From NCBI GenBank assembly GCA_026705465.1, contig JAPPAP010000013.1, forward strand, positions 7,172-71,171: a stretch of DNA of 64,000 nucleotides. The letters are read 5' to 3'. Both the position numbers and the translations under genes were made by a program. Under the pieces are notes generated by a model, which was not told where the DNA came from, ran no database searches, and saw nothing but the letters and a program-made list of their open reading frames with translations. Positions 18,529-28,575 of this stretch are shown here, piece after piece; position 1 is the stretch's first letter, and every line of letters begins with the position of its first letter. Origin of the DNA: a bacterium. Its GTDB lineage: Bacteria; Actinomycetota; Acidimicrobiia; Acidimicrobiales; Bin134.

Positions 18529-18573
18529 CTGGCATAAGTGGCATAGGTTATGTCATGCCAGTAGTGCTATCTT
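18529..18573 (+). promoter_or_regulatory. TA operon operator/promoter
   Basis: CTGGCAT(18529)/ATGCCAG(18555) inverted pair, nested TGGCATA/TATGTCA; TG-n-TATCTT extended -10 six nt before GTG. Confidence 0.55.
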
Positions 18574-18579
18574 GGTTCT

Positions 18580-18828
18580 GTGCGGACGATGATCATCCTT
18601 CCTGACCACCACCACGCCGAGGCCAAGCGCAAGGCGGCCCATGAGGGCATCTCGCTGTCGGAGTACATCCGCCGCCTCGTGGCCGATGACTTGGACCAGG
18701 CTGGCGCCACAGCCGATCCCTCGACGGTGTTCGGGCTGTTCGACAGCGGAGGATCGAGGATCGCCGACGGAAAACAAGCCATGATCAGCGAGGCGATCGA
18801 CAAGCAGTTTGCCGCCAAAGGCCTCTAA
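18580..18828 (+). CDS. Antitoxin, ribbon-helix-helix type
   Basis: MRTMIIL..EGISLSEYIRR; 3 nt upstream of a PIN gene. Confidence 0.8.
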   Translation: MRTMIILPDHHHAEAKRKAAHEGISLSEYIRRLVADDLDQAGATADPSTVFGLFDSGGSRIADGKQAMISEAIDKQFAAKGL

Positions 18829-18831
18829 GCA

Positions 18832-19251
18832 GTGGCCCCGGTCTTCGTGGACACCAGCATTTGGTACGCCGCAGCCGACGCCGGCGACGCCCACCGCGAC
18901 GTCGCCCAGTCGCTTCTCGCCGAGCGAGCCGGAACTCTGGTCACCAGCGACCTCGTCTTGGCCGAGTTGTGGAACCTGGTGACCGCCCGCACCAACCACA
19001 CCAACGCCAACCGCGTCGTCGCCGCCATCGCGGCGGGCATCGCCCGCATCGAATGCACAACCCCGGCCGACTTCGAAGCTGCCCAAGCAATGCTGAGCGA
19101 CTACCCCGACCAGTCGTTCTCCCTCACCGACCGCACAAGTTGGGCCCTCATGGAACGACTGGCCATCACCCAAGCACTCGCGTTCGACGCCGACTTCCGC
19201 ATCCATCGCTACGGCCCCCACAAAGCCCAAGCCTTCACAGTCCACCCCTAA
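18832..19251 (+). CDS. vapC: PIN-domain (VapC) toxin
   Basis: FVDTS, LAE, SLTDRTS, AFDADF acidic residues. Confidence 0.88.
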   Translation: MAPVFVDTSIWYAAADAGDAHRDVAQSLLAERAGTLVTSDLVLAELWNLVTARTNHTNANRVVAAIAAGIARIECTTPADFEAAQAMLSDYPDQSFSLTDRTSWALMERLAITQALAFDADFRIHRYGPHKAQAFTVHP

Positions 19252-19343
19252 CCCCTGCCCGGCCCGCGCCATGAGGCCCGAGATTCCCGGTCAACAGATC
19301 AAGATTGACCTAGTAGCCGGCCACTAGCAGGGACCGCCTCCGT

Positions 19344-19760
19344 CTACTTGGGGTGGAGGATGGAGAGGATGAGGGGGTGGTCGGGTTGGGCGCGGGCGAT
19401 CCGGGCATCGGCGGTGACAAGGGGGCTGCTGAGGCTCTCAGCAAGGGCGAGGTAGAGGGCGTCGTAGAAGCTGAGGCTGTGGCGCAGCTGCCAGGCGCGC
19501 GCTGCCAGTGGCCCGTGGTGGGGGTGGCGATGGTGGATCGTACGCTCGGCGAGCAGCCGGGCCGACTCGGCGGCGCGCTCATCGAGGTCGCCACGCAAGG
19601 CCATCGAGCGCAGGGCGCTGCCCGCCTCGGCGTCGATAAGGAACGGCGCTGCCCGCCTGCGGTCTCGCAACTGGGCTCGGGCTTGATGTCCGATAGGGCC
19701 CTTGTCGGCCACCGCCGCTACCAGGGCGGAGGCGTCCACCACCACCGCATTCGAGCTCAA
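19344..19760 (-). CDS. vapC: PIN-domain (VapC) toxin
   Basis: VVDAS, DAE, SFYDALY, LVTAD. Confidence 0.88.
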   Translation of the reverse strand: MSSNAVVVDASALVAAVADKGPIGHQARAQLRDRRRAAPFLIDAEAGSALRSMALRGDLDERAAESARLLAERTIHHRHPHHGPLAARAWQLRHSLSFYDALYLALAESLSSPLVTADARIARAQPDHPLILSILHPK

Positions 19761-19990
19761 CGGCGGCCGTTGTCGAGGTCGGTAAGCAATACGTCGATGT
19801 CGAGCTCTGTCCCGTGTGACTGGGCGAAGCGCTCCAACTCACCGAAGTGGGCGTCTTCGTCCGGCTCGCGGGCGAGACGCTCGACCTGCTTTTTCATATA
19901 GGCCTGGATCGACTGGCCCGCCGCCCGCGACCGCCGCCGAATCGTCTCATAGGCCTCCTCGGAAACATCCCGGATCTGGATCGTCGCCAT
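19757..19990 (-). CDS. FitA/VapB-like RHH antitoxin
   Basis: MATIQIRDV..AAGQSIQAY; 4-nt overlap with the toxin; TATTAT 6 nt upstream. Confidence 0.83.
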   Translation of the reverse strand: MATIQIRDVSEEAYETIRRRSRAAGQSIQAYMKKQVERLAREPDEDAHFGELERFAQSHGTELDIDVLLTDLDNGRR

Positions 19991-20082
19991 GCCAGCATAA
20001 TAGCGCTACAGCGCTGAAATGCAAACACTTTGTTTTCTGGCCCGACGAGCGCACCGAAGCGCCAACAGGCAGACTACGGGCC

Positions 20083-21015
20083 ATGAGTGATCGACCAGTG
20101 GCGTTTGTGACCGGGGCGAGCCGGGGGATTGGGAAGGCGTGCTCGGTGCATCTGGCCCGGGCAGGCTTCGACGTGGCCGTGTCGGCCCGCACGGTGCAGG
20201 ACGGCGAGCAGCGGGAGCACTCCTCTACGGTGCAGCGGTCGGACACGTCGCCGTTGCCCGGAAGCCTGTCGGCGACCGCGGCGCTGGTGGCCGAGGCAGG
20301 GGGCGATGCGCTGATCGTTGCCGCCGACCTGCTCGACTTCGACTCATTGGAGGCGGCGGCTGCGGCCGTGTTGGAGCAGTGGGGGCGAGTGGATGTGCTG
20401 GTGAACAACGGGCGCTACATCGGCCCCGGCCACATGGACCGCCTGCTGGACACCCCCATCGAGCTCCTCGACTACCACCTGAAGGCCAACTGCTTGGCTC
20501 CCCTCGTGCTGTCCAAAGCCGTGCTGCCCCAGATGATCGAGCGGGGCGGCGGCACCATCGTGAACATCTCCTCGGCCTCGGGTTATGCCGATCCCACCGA
20601 GGCGGCGGGCGACGGGGGCTGGGGCATGGGCTACGGCATCAGCAAGGGCGCCTTTCACCGGGTGGCCGGGTTCTTGGCCGTGGAGCACGGCAAAGACGGC
20701 ATCAACACCTTCAACGTGCAGCCGGGCTACATCTCCACCGAGCGCATCGCCCAGGACATGGCCCAGTTCGGCTTCGAGGACACCGGCCAGCCCGCCGATG
20801 TGATCGGCGCGGTGGTGGCCTGGCTGGCCACCGATCCCGAGGCCTCGGAGTTGAACGGCACCAACGTGGAGGCCCAGTTCTTCTGCCACGAGCGGGGCCT
20901 GCTGCCCGGCTGGGCTGGTCCCGAGCCCAACACCGCCGCCATCCGCTACGACCTGAGCGGCGCCATTTTGGCCGAGAAGGAAGCTGAGCTTCTGGCCCAG
21001 GCCGCTCAAGAGTGA
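20083..21015 (+). CDS. Short-chain dehydrogenase/reductase
   Basis: TGASRGIG, VNNG, NISS, YGISK. Confidence 0.9.
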   Translation: MSDRPVAFVTGASRGIGKACSVHLARAGFDVAVSARTVQDGEQREHSSTVQRSDTSPLPGSLSATAALVAEAGGDALIVAADLLDFDSLEAAAAAVLEQWGRVDVLVNNGRYIGPGHMDRLLDTPIELLDYHLKANCLAPLVLSKAVLPQMIERGGGTIVNISSASGYADPTEAAGDGGWGMGYGISKGAFHRVAGFLAVEHGKDGINTFNVQPGYISTERIAQDMAQFGFEDTGQPADVIGAVVAWLATDPEASELNGTNVEAQFFCHERGLLPGWAGPEPNTAAIRYDLSGAILAEKEAELLAQAAQE

Positions 21016-21779
21016 CTGACGACGCAGGAGTCGGCGACGGAGCGGCCGGCCGGCTCGAGTTGTGCGCGGTCATGCCGGTGTACAACGAGGAGGAGATCGT
21101 CGGCCAGGTGGCCGAGAGCTGGCTCGAAGTGCTCGACGGCTTGGACGTCGACTACGAGCTGGTGGCCATCGTGGACGGGGCTACCGACGGCAGCGAGCAG
21201 GTGCTGCGGGCGGTGGCCGAGCGCCATCGGCGCCTGGTGGTGGACGTGAAGCCCAACAGCGGCCATGGGCCGACCATCTTGCGGGGCTACCGGCGGGGAG
21301 CGGTGACCGCTGACTGGGTGTTCCAAACCGACTCCGACGATGAGATGCCGGCGGCTTCCTTCGGCGAGCTGTGGGAGCTTCGCCACAACAAAGACGCGGT
21401 GATCGGCATCCGCGCCAGCCGCGACCAGTCGGCCGGCCGACGGGCCATCACCCGGCTGGCTCGACTCACCGCTCGGGCGGCGTTCGGCTGTCGCTTGGCC
21501 GACGTTAACTGCCCCTACCGGCTGATGCGCTCAACGGTGCTGGCTCCGCTGCTAGCTCCCATTCCCGACGACACCTTCGCCCCCAACGTGGCCATATCGG
21601 GATTGCTGTCCCGATCAGGCGCTCGTCTGGCCGAGGTGCCCGTACCCCACCACGATCGCACCACCGGCGTGGTGTCGATCCTCGGTTGGCGGGCTCTTCG
21701 GGCCGCCCTCCGCTCCTTCGGCCAAACCGTGCGCCTCAGCCGCGCCCGCATTCCGAAAATCTCGCTGCCCAACGGCTGA
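21012..21779 (+). CDS. Glycosyltransferase family 2 (DPM/polyprenol-P glycosyltransferase-like)
   Basis: VMPVYNEE, VDGATDGS, NSGHG, TDSD, DVNCPYRL. Confidence 0.85.
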   Translation: MTDDAGVGDGAAGRLELCAVMPVYNEEEIVGQVAESWLEVLDGLDVDYELVAIVDGATDGSEQVLRAVAERHRRLVVDVKPNSGHGPTILRGYRRGAVTADWVFQTDSDDEMPAASFGELWELRHNKDAVIGIRASRDQSAGRRAITRLARLTARAAFGCRLADVNCPYRLMRSTVLAPLLAPIPDDTFAPNVAISGLLSRSGARLAEVPVPHHDRTTGVVSILGWRALRAALRSFGQTVRLSRARIPKISLPNG

Positions 21780-21865
21780 TTTACCAGTAATCGTCACCGC
21801 TGGCGGGTACCGTCTAATCAGGGGTAAAACCCGCACTTCCCCCTACAAAATCCGCTAAGGGAATC

Positions 21866-24286
21866 ATGCCCCCACAATCACAGTTACCGCTCGACAGCGT
21901 GTCGGACGATCGCGACACCGATGTCGATTTTGCCCGCGAGATCGTGCCTGTGCCGGTGGCCGAGGAGATGTCGGAGTCGTTTCTGGCCTACTCCTTGTCG
22001 GTTATCACCTCCCGGGCCATTCCCGATGCCCGCGACGGCCTAAAACCGGTGCAGCGCCGCATCCTCTACTCCATGCTCAACATGGGCATCCGCCCCGACG
22101 GGCCCCACCGCAAGAGCGCCCGGGTCGTGGGCGACACCATGGGCAAGTACCACCCGCACGGCGATGCCGCCATCTACGACGCCCTCGTTCGGCTGGCCCA
22201 AGAGTTCTCCCGGCCCATCACTCTGATCGACCCCCATGGCAACTTCGGCACCCTGGACGATCCGCCCGCCGCCCCCCGCTACACCGAGTGCCGCCTGGCC
22301 GATGCGGCCATGGAGATGCTGGACGAAATCGACGAGGACACCGTGGACCACCGGTCCACCTACGACGGCGAGGGTTCCGAGCCCGAGTACCTTCCCGCAA
22401 GGCTGCCCAACCTGCTGGTGAACGGCACCACCGGCATCGCGGTGGGCATGGCCACCAACATGGCCCCTCACAACCTGCGGGAAGTGGCCAAGGCCATCAG
22501 GCTGGTGATGACCAAGCGCCGGCCCAAGCCCACCGTCGACCAATTGCTCAAGGAGCTGAAGGGACCTGACTTCCCCACCGGAGGCCTGGTGATCGACGCC
22601 GAGGAGGGCGGGCTGCGCCAGATTTACGAGATCGGGCGGGGCTCAGTCCGGATCCAGGCCAAGATGAAGCCGGTCAAGCTGACCCGTAGCCGCAAGGGCA
22701 TCGAGGTTACCGAACTGCCCTACATGGTCGGGCCCGAGAAGGTGGTCAAGCGCATCAACGACCTGATCGTCGACGGCAAGCTGCCCGGGATCCACGACGC
22801 CCGCAACCTGTCCGACCGACACCATGGCCTGCGCATCCTCATCGAGTGCGAACCCCACGTGGAGCCCGAGAAGCTGTACTACGACCTGTTCCGCCTTACT
22901 CCCCTGGAGGAGACCTTCGCGGTCAACAACGTGGTGTTGGTGAACGGCGTCCCCACCACGGTGGGCCTCTACGACCTGTGCCGCCACTACATCGATCATC
23001 GCCTCGACGTGGTGGTGCGGCGCACCCGGCATCGCTTGAGACGGGCTCGAGATCGCCACCACATCCTCGAGGGGCTGATCACCGCGCTGGACAATATCGA
23101 CGAGGTGGTGGCCATCATCCGGGGGTCGGACGATGCCGCCGAGGCCCGACAGCGCTTGCAGGACGCCCTGGCCCTGACCGAGGTCCAGGCCGCCCACATC
23201 CTGGACATGCAGCTGCGGCGGCTCACCGCGCTGGAAAAGCAGAAGATCATCGACGAGCGAGACGAGTTGATCGCCCTTATCGGCGATCTGGAGAAGCTGC
23301 TGGGCTCGGATCAGCGTCAGCGCACGGTGGTGCTGAAGGAACTGGACGAATTGGTGGAGCGGTTCGGGCAGGATCGCCGCACTGAGATCGTGTCCCACGG
23401 AGACGCCCCGGTGTACGAGCCGACTCCAGTGGAGGAACTGACCCCGAAAGCCGAAGGGCCATGTGTGGTCACGCTGTCCACCACCGGCATCGTGGGCCGG
23501 GCCGCGGTGGGGGGACGCCGGCGTTCTCAGTTTGGCCGCCACGACGTGCTGGCCGCATCGGTGGAGGCCGATCTGGACGACACGGTTCTGGCTGTCACTT
23601 CCGGGGGTCGGATCATTGCCTCACCGACTTCGGCCATTCCCGAAGTGTCGGGCCGCAGCCGCGGGGCGGGCGCGTCCGAGGTGTTCGGAACCATTCGCAG
23701 CGAGGGCGTCCTGACCCTGGTCATGGCAAGCAGCGATCCCTTGATCCTCGTGACTGCCTTGGGCACGGCAAAGAGAGTCGACTTGTCTGACGCCGACAAA
23801 GGCCGGGCTACCAAGCAGATCATCAAGCTGAAGCCCAACGACAGGGTGGTGGCCGCCTTTTGCGCTCCGGAGACTTCCGAGCTGGTGCTGGTCAGCACAC
23901 AGAGCCGGGCACTGCGAGTGCCAGTGGAATCTATCCCGGTCCAAGGGCGGGGCGCCTCCGGCGTCGTCGGCATCAAGCTGCGCAATGGCGATCGGGTCAT
24001 CGCCGCCGACGGCGTGAGCGGAGAAGAAGCCGTGATCTGGGCCGACACCGCCGGATTGGTAGATATCATCCCGGTCACCGACATCCCTCCCACTGCTCGG
24101 GGCGGGGTGGGCACGCAGCTGGCCAAAGAGAATCCGCTGGCCATGGCGGTGGTCGCCCCTCGGGGTGAGCTCCTGGCCGAAGTGGACGACAACGGCAAGC
24201 CAGCCAAGACCCCGGTCCCGTTCTCCTGGGAGAACGGCGACGACGACCACCCGAAGATCTTGAGCGTGGGGATGCCCCGATGGTGA
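21866..24286 (+). CDS. parC: Type IIA topoisomerase subunit A (topo IV ParC-like)
   Basis: [22 protein letters not shown] catalytic Tyr; no GyrA-box at the CTD start. Assignment to parC rather than gyrA is inferred. Confidence 0.8.
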   Translation: MPPQSQLPLDSVSDDRDTDVDFAREIVPVPVAEEMSESFLAYSLSVITSRAIPDARDGLKPVQRRILYSMLNMGIRPDGPHRKSARVVGDTMGKYHPHGDAAIYDALVRLAQEFSRPITLIDPHGNFGTLDDPPAAPRYTECRLADAAMEMLDEIDEDTVDHRSTYDGEGSEPEYLPARLPNLLVNGTTGIAVGMATNMAPHNLREVAKAIRLVMTKRRPKPTVDQLLKELKGPDFPTGGLVIDAEEGGLRQIYEIGRGSVRIQAKMKPVKLTRSRKGIEVTELPYMVGPEKVVKRINDLIVDGKLPGIHDARNLSDRHHGLRILIECEPHVEPEKLYYDLFRLTPLEETFAVNNVVLVNGVPTTVGLYDLCRHYIDHRLDVVVRRTRHRLRRARDRHHILEGLITALDNIDEVVAIIRGSDDAAEARQRLQDALALTEVQAAHILDMQLRRLTALEKQKIIDERDELIALIGDLEKLLGSDQRQRTVVLKELDELVERFGQDRRTEIVSHGDAPVYEPTPVEELTPKAEGPCVVTLSTTGIVGRAAVGGRRRSQFGRHDVLAASVEADLDDTVLAVTSGGRIIASPTSAIPEVSGRSRGAGASEVFGTIRSEGVLTLVMASSDPLILVTALGTAKRVDLSDADKGRATKQIIKLKPNDRVVAAFCAPETSELVLVSTQSRALRVPVESIPVQGRGASGVVGIKLRNGDRVIAADGVSGEEAVIWADTAGLVDIIPVTDIPPTARGGVGTQLAKENPLAMAVVAPRGELLAEVDDNGKPAKTPVPFSWENGDDDHPKILSVGMPRW

Positions 24287-26364
24287 CCAAGACCACCCGG
24301 GCCCAGGGGAAGAAGGCCGACCTGTTCACACCGCCCAACGGGGGGAATGGCAACGGCAGCTATGAGGCGGCCGACATCGTCACCCTGGAAGGGCTGGAAG
24401 CGGTCCGCAAGCGCCCCGGCATGTACATCGGGGGCACCGGGAGCGACGGGCTCATGCACTTGGTGTGGGAACTCATCGACAACGGCGTGGACGAAGCCGG
24501 CGCCGGATTCGCCACCCGAATCGACGTGACCCTCCATGCCGACGGCTCGGTAGAGGTGTGCGACAACGGCCGGGGCATCCCGATCGACCCCCACCCCACC
24601 AAGAAGGTGTCGGCGCTTGAGGTAGTGCTCACCGAACTGCACTCCGGCGGCAAGTTCGGCGGCGGGGTGTACGGCGCCTCCGGCGGGCTGCACGGGGTGG
24701 GTGCCTCGGTGGTCAACGCCCTGTCGACCCGACTGCGGGCTGAAGTGGACCGCGACGGCGCCACCCGGCAGCTCTGGTTCGTGAAGCAGAAGGCTGGGCA
24801 GCTCGACGGCGACAAGTTCGTCAAGGGCCACAAGCTCCGCCGGGTCCGCTCCACCCGCAAGACCGGCACCCGCATCCGCTTCTGGCCCGACCTCGACTTG
24901 TTCGATCCCGACGCGGCGGTGGACTTCGAGACCATTCGCAATCGTGCCCAGCAGGCCTGCTTCCTCGTCCCCGGGCTGCGAATCAGGCTGGAGGACAAGC
25001 GCCGGGGCAGCGACAACGAACCGGTCGACCTCATCTCCCACGGGGGGCTGGCCGATCTGGTGGGTCACCTGTCGGCCTCCGAAGCTGTCACCGAGGTCAT
25101 CTCCATTCCCGGCGAAGAGGAATTCGAGGAGAAAGTGCCGGTGGACGGAGCCATGACCGTGGTCACCCGACACTGTCAGGTGGACATCGCCATGCGCTGG
25201 GTGAAGGACTTCGAGTCCAAGGTGGCCACGTTTGTCAACACCATCCCCACCCCTCATGGGGGAACCCACCTGACCGGTTTTGAGCGGGCCTTGACCCGGG
25301 CGGTCAACGACAGCCTGTTGGCCGATTCCAAGAAGCTGGCCCGCCTGGCCAAACAGGGCAACGACCGGGCTCAGCGAGAGGACGTGCAGGAGGGCCTGGT
25401 GGCCGCGGTCAAGGTCACCCTGCCCGAGCCGCAGTTCCGGGGCCAGACCAAGCAGGAGCTGGGTACGCCGCCGGTGCAGTCCATTGTCTACAACGTGCTC
25501 AAGGACGGGTTGGAGAGCTGGTTCCAGACCGGGCCCAAGAGCCATGTCACCGCTCTGCAATCCAAGATCGCCGACGCGGTGGTGAGCCGGGTGTCGGCCC
25601 GCCAGACCCTGGAGAACAAGCGCCGGGCCGCGTCCCTGGGCTCCACCGGTATGCCCGACAAGCTGGCCGACTGCCGGGTGCACGGCCCTGAATCAGAGCT
25701 GATCCTGGTGGAGGGCGACTCAGCCGCCGGTCCGGCCAAGGCCGGGCGCAACGCCGAGACCATGGCCATCCTGCCGTTGCGGGGAAAGGTGGTGAACGCG
25801 GCCAAGTCGTCGGTGAAGCAGGTGCTGGACAATGCCGAAGCCCAGGCGCTGTTCACCGCCATGGGGGCGGGCTCCGGCGACGACTTCGACATAGACAAGG
25901 CCCGGTACGGGCGCATCGTCATCTTGTGCGACGCCGATGTGGATGGCAGCCACATCCGCTGCCTGTTGCTCACCCTCATCCATCGCTTCATGCGCCCGAT
26001 GCTGGAGGAAGGAAGGGTTTACGCCGCCCAGCCCCCGCTGTATACCGCCAAGGTGGGTGATCAGACCCACCGGGCGTGGTCCGATGCCGAGCGGGACGAG
26101 ATCACCGCCGAGCTGTCAAAGGGCAATCGCAAGGCCGAGAACATCCGGTGGTCCCGGTTCAAGGGGCTGGGCGAGATGGATACCGACGAGTTGGCCGAGT
26201 GCGCTCTCGACCCCGAAACCCGCACGCTGCGACAGCTCACCATCGACGATGTGAAGAAGGCCGAAGAGATGTTCGAGACCCTGATGGGCTCCGACGTCAG
26301 CCGCCGCAAAGACTTCCTCATCGCCCACAGCGAGCTCGTCGACCGCGACGCCCTCGACTACTGA
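24280..26364 (+). CDS. parE: Type IIA topoisomerase subunit B (topo IV ParE-like)
   Basis: EAVRKRPGMY, ELIDN, GGLHGVG, EGDSA, PLRGK, DADVDG, RFKGLGEM. Confidence 0.8.
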   Translation: MVTKTTRAQGKKADLFTPPNGGNGNGSYEAADIVTLEGLEAVRKRPGMYIGGTGSDGLMHLVWELIDNGVDEAGAGFATRIDVTLHADGSVEVCDNGRGIPIDPHPTKKVSALEVVLTELHSGGKFGGGVYGASGGLHGVGASVVNALSTRLRAEVDRDGATRQLWFVKQKAGQLDGDKFVKGHKLRRVRSTRKTGTRIRFWPDLDLFDPDAAVDFETIRNRAQQACFLVPGLRIRLEDKRRGSDNEPVDLISHGGLADLVGHLSASEAVTEVISIPGEEEFEEKVPVDGAMTVVTRHCQVDIAMRWVKDFESKVATFVNTIPTPHGGTHLTGFERALTRAVNDSLLADSKKLARLAKQGNDRAQREDVQEGLVAAVKVTLPEPQFRGQTKQELGTPPVQSIVYNVLKDGLESWFQTGPKSHVTALQSKIADAVVSRVSARQTLENKRRAASLGSTGMPDKLADCRVHGPESELILVEGDSAAGPAKAGRNAETMAILPLRGKVVNAAKSSVKQVLDNAEAQALFTAMGAGSGDDFDIDKARYGRIVILCDADVDGSHIRCLLLTLIHRFMRPMLEEGRVYAAQPPLYTAKVGDQTHRAWSDAERDEITAELSKGNRKAENIRWSRFKGLGEMDTDELAECALDPETRTLRQLTIDDVKKAEEMFETLMGSDVSRRKDFLIAHSELVDRDALDY

Positions 26365-26393
26365 CGACCATGAAAGAAATCGGGTAGACAGAC

Positions 26394-27305
26394 ATGACCA
26401 TGGCCGAACCCGTCGAACAGGCCGCCGAGCCCGCCAGCGACAAGCTCATGGAGATTCCTGAGCGCTACGTGCCCAAGCACCTGTCCCCTTCCAGTGCGTC
26501 GTCGTATCGGGAGTGCGCCCGGCGCTGGAAGTTCCGCTACGTCGACCGTCTGCCCGATCCCCCTGGTGAGGCTGCGGTTACCGGCACCTTCGCTCACATG
26601 GTGCTGGAAAAGCTGATGCAAGAGCCGGTGGAGCACCGCACGGTGGATCGGGCCAAGGAGCTGGCTCGCGAGGCCTGGCCCACCATGGAGAACAGCCGGG
26701 ACTACCGATCTCTGGATCTGGACGAAAATGCCAGCCGGAACTTTCGATGGAACGGCTGGAAGGCCATCGAAGGGCTGTGGGAGTTGGAAGACCCCGGCAA
26801 GGTACGGGTCGCCTCCACCGAACAGGACGTAAGGGTCGAAATCAACGGGGTCCCGTTCCGAGGCATCATCGACCGGGTCGATGAGACCGACGAGGGTTTG
26901 GTGGTTACCGACTACAAGTCGGGCAAGGCACCGTCAGAGCGGTTCTCCTCCAACTACTCCACCCAGATGCTGCTGTACGCCGCCGCGCTCACCGAACTGG
27001 AAGGCCGCAAGCCGGCCAAGGCGCAGCTGCTGTACCTGGGCCAAAAGGTGGTGGAGGTGGAGATCACCGACGAGAACCTCGCCGAGGCGGTCGACGAGTT
27101 GCGAACCACCTGGCTGGCCATCATGGAGAGCTGCATCTCCCAAGAGTTCGAAGCCTCGGTCAGCCCGCTGTGCGGCTGGTGCCCGTTCGTGGCGCAATGC
27201 CCCGAGGGAACCGAGGAAGTGCTCCGCCGCGACAAGATGGGCAAGATGCGGGCCGATGCCCCCGCCCTCGAACGCATCGCCCAAGCCGAAAAGGCTGTCG
27301 ACTAG
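26394..27305 (+). CDS. Stand-alone RecB/Cas4-like PD-(D/E)XK exonuclease with four-Cys Fe-S motif
   Basis: LSPS..C, GIIDRVD..TDYKSG, QMLLY, CGWC-x5-C. Confidence 0.85.
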   Translation: MTMAEPVEQAAEPASDKLMEIPERYVPKHLSPSSASSYRECARRWKFRYVDRLPDPPGEAAVTGTFAHMVLEKLMQEPVEHRTVDRAKELAREAWPTMENSRDYRSLDLDENASRNFRWNGWKAIEGLWELEDPGKVRVASTEQDVRVEINGVPFRGIIDRVDETDEGLVVTDYKSGKAPSERFSSNYSTQMLLYAAALTELEGRKPAKAQLLYLGQKVVEVEITDENLAEAVDELRTTWLAIMESCISQEFEASVSPLCGWCPFVAQCPEGTEEVLRRDKMGKMRADAPALERIAQAEKAVD

Positions 27306-28516
27306 ATCCGAGGCAATCGGGTCCCGGCCAGACGGCCCATGGCCGGTCGCATGAGCGCCTCTTTCCGCTGGGTGGCCCGGGCCCAATAGTGAGCGGCCTC
27401 GCCGTCGTCACCCATGTCGAAGCGGTCTCGGTCGACTCGGTCTTGGTCGGCGAGAACCGGGCCGATGCGGTCCACCATGTCCAGGTATCTCACCAGCCGG
27501 GCCACGGATTTGGCCCGGGCCGCGGCGTACCCCTCCAGCGCAGGGGTGATCACCGCGCGCAGATCGTCGAGCACCGCCTCGTAGACCGCGCTGGTCTCGG
27601 TTTCGGCCGGCTCGGGCACCTCAACCGGCTCCACCACTATCCCGAGGGCTTCGCACAGCAGCTCAGCGGTCACCCGGCGGTGGAGGGTGGAGAACAGCAT
27701 GCCCATGCCCAAGTCCCCTCCGGCCGCCCCCGCTACCCCCAGTCCGATCAGATTGCGAACCTGGCAGGCCAGCTGCCAGTAGCGCACCCGCTCGGCATTC
27801 ACCGGGCTGTCGTACCATCCGAACGCGGTTTCGATGTCCACAAACGGGGTGAGCATGGCCCGCACCGTGATCCAGGCCAGATCCTCCATGGGATCGCCCA
27901 CGTGGGCCAGTTCCCAATCACACAACCCAGTCACCCGGTGCCCGTCGTGAAGCACGTTGCCCGGCCCCAGATCGCCATGCACCAGCACCACCCGCTCCGG
28001 TAGTCCGGGCGCCATCTCGGCCAATTGGCGCAAGCCCAGGTCGATCAGCGGATCGGGCTCAAGGCAATGTTCTCGATAGAGCCGGGTCCACAATTTCATT
28101 TCGCCTTGGGCCAAGTCGTCGTGGGCCAGATCCTCTGGCGGATCCAGATCATGGAGGGTGTTGACCTGCTCCATGAAGTCCCGGGCCAAGGCATGGTCGT
28201 CCAGCGGACCTGGCGTGCCCTCGACAAAGTCCAACAACAGTGCCCGCCCATCGGAGCTGACGCCGCAGAATCCGGCGGCCCGCACCGGCTTGTCGGCCAG
28301 CCAGCGATACACCCGTGCCTCTCGAGCCAGGTCGTAGCCCACGGCGGAGAGCGCCGATGTTCCCGCGTCCATCCGCAAGAACTGCTGGCTCCCGTCCTCC
28401 AGCGTCACCACCCATGCCTGACGGGAAGCACCCCCGGGAATGCGGGTGGCGCTCGCAACCCTTAGGCCACAGCACTCCTCCACCCACTTCGACAGATCGC
28501 GATCCAACTCGCTCAC
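27302..28516 (-). CDS. APH/ACAD10-like phosphotransferase
   Basis: GGASR, LVHGDLGPGN, DWELAHVGDP. Confidence 0.85.
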   Translation of the reverse strand: MSELDRDLSKWVEECCGLRVASATRIPGGASRQAWVVTLEDGSQQFLRMDAGTSALSAVGYDLAREARVYRWLADKPVRAAGFCGVSSDGRALLLDFVEGTPGPLDDHALARDFMEQVNTLHDLDPPEDLAHDDLAQGEMKLWTRLYREHCLEPDPLIDLGLRQLAEMAPGLPERVVLVHGDLGPGNVLHDGHRVTGLCDWELAHVGDPMEDLAWITVRAMLTPFVDIETAFGWYDSPVNAERVRYWQLACQVRNLIGLGVAGAAGGDLGMGMLFSTLHRRVTAELLCEALGIVVEPVEVPEPAETETSAVYEAVLDDLRAVITPALEGYAAARAKSVARLVRYLDMVDRIGPVLADQDRVDRDRFDMGDDGEAAHYWARATQRKEALMRPAMGRLAGTRLPRI

Positions 28517-28575
28517 CCGACCAGGCTAAGTCCCTCGCCACTTACCGTGCATAGGGCGTCTACGCTCAGCACCTC

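Noticed and set aside
21820-21833. GGGTAAAACCCG upstream of parC resembling GGTAAACCCG near rpf/hemH
   Set aside because: Two short, differently spaced matches are too weak to call a shared operator
24280-24286. Programmed frameshift fusing topoisomerase A and B
   Set aside because: No slippery sequence; ordinary stop/start overlap
23527-25683. 718-aa minus-strand ORF, and similar long antisense ORFs at 486-2180, 14557-16068 and 61885-63177
   Set aside because: Opposite well-supported genes; no recognisable domains
26394-27305. CRISPR-Cas interpretation of the Cas4-like gene
   Set aside because: No array or cas1/cas2 seen in the window
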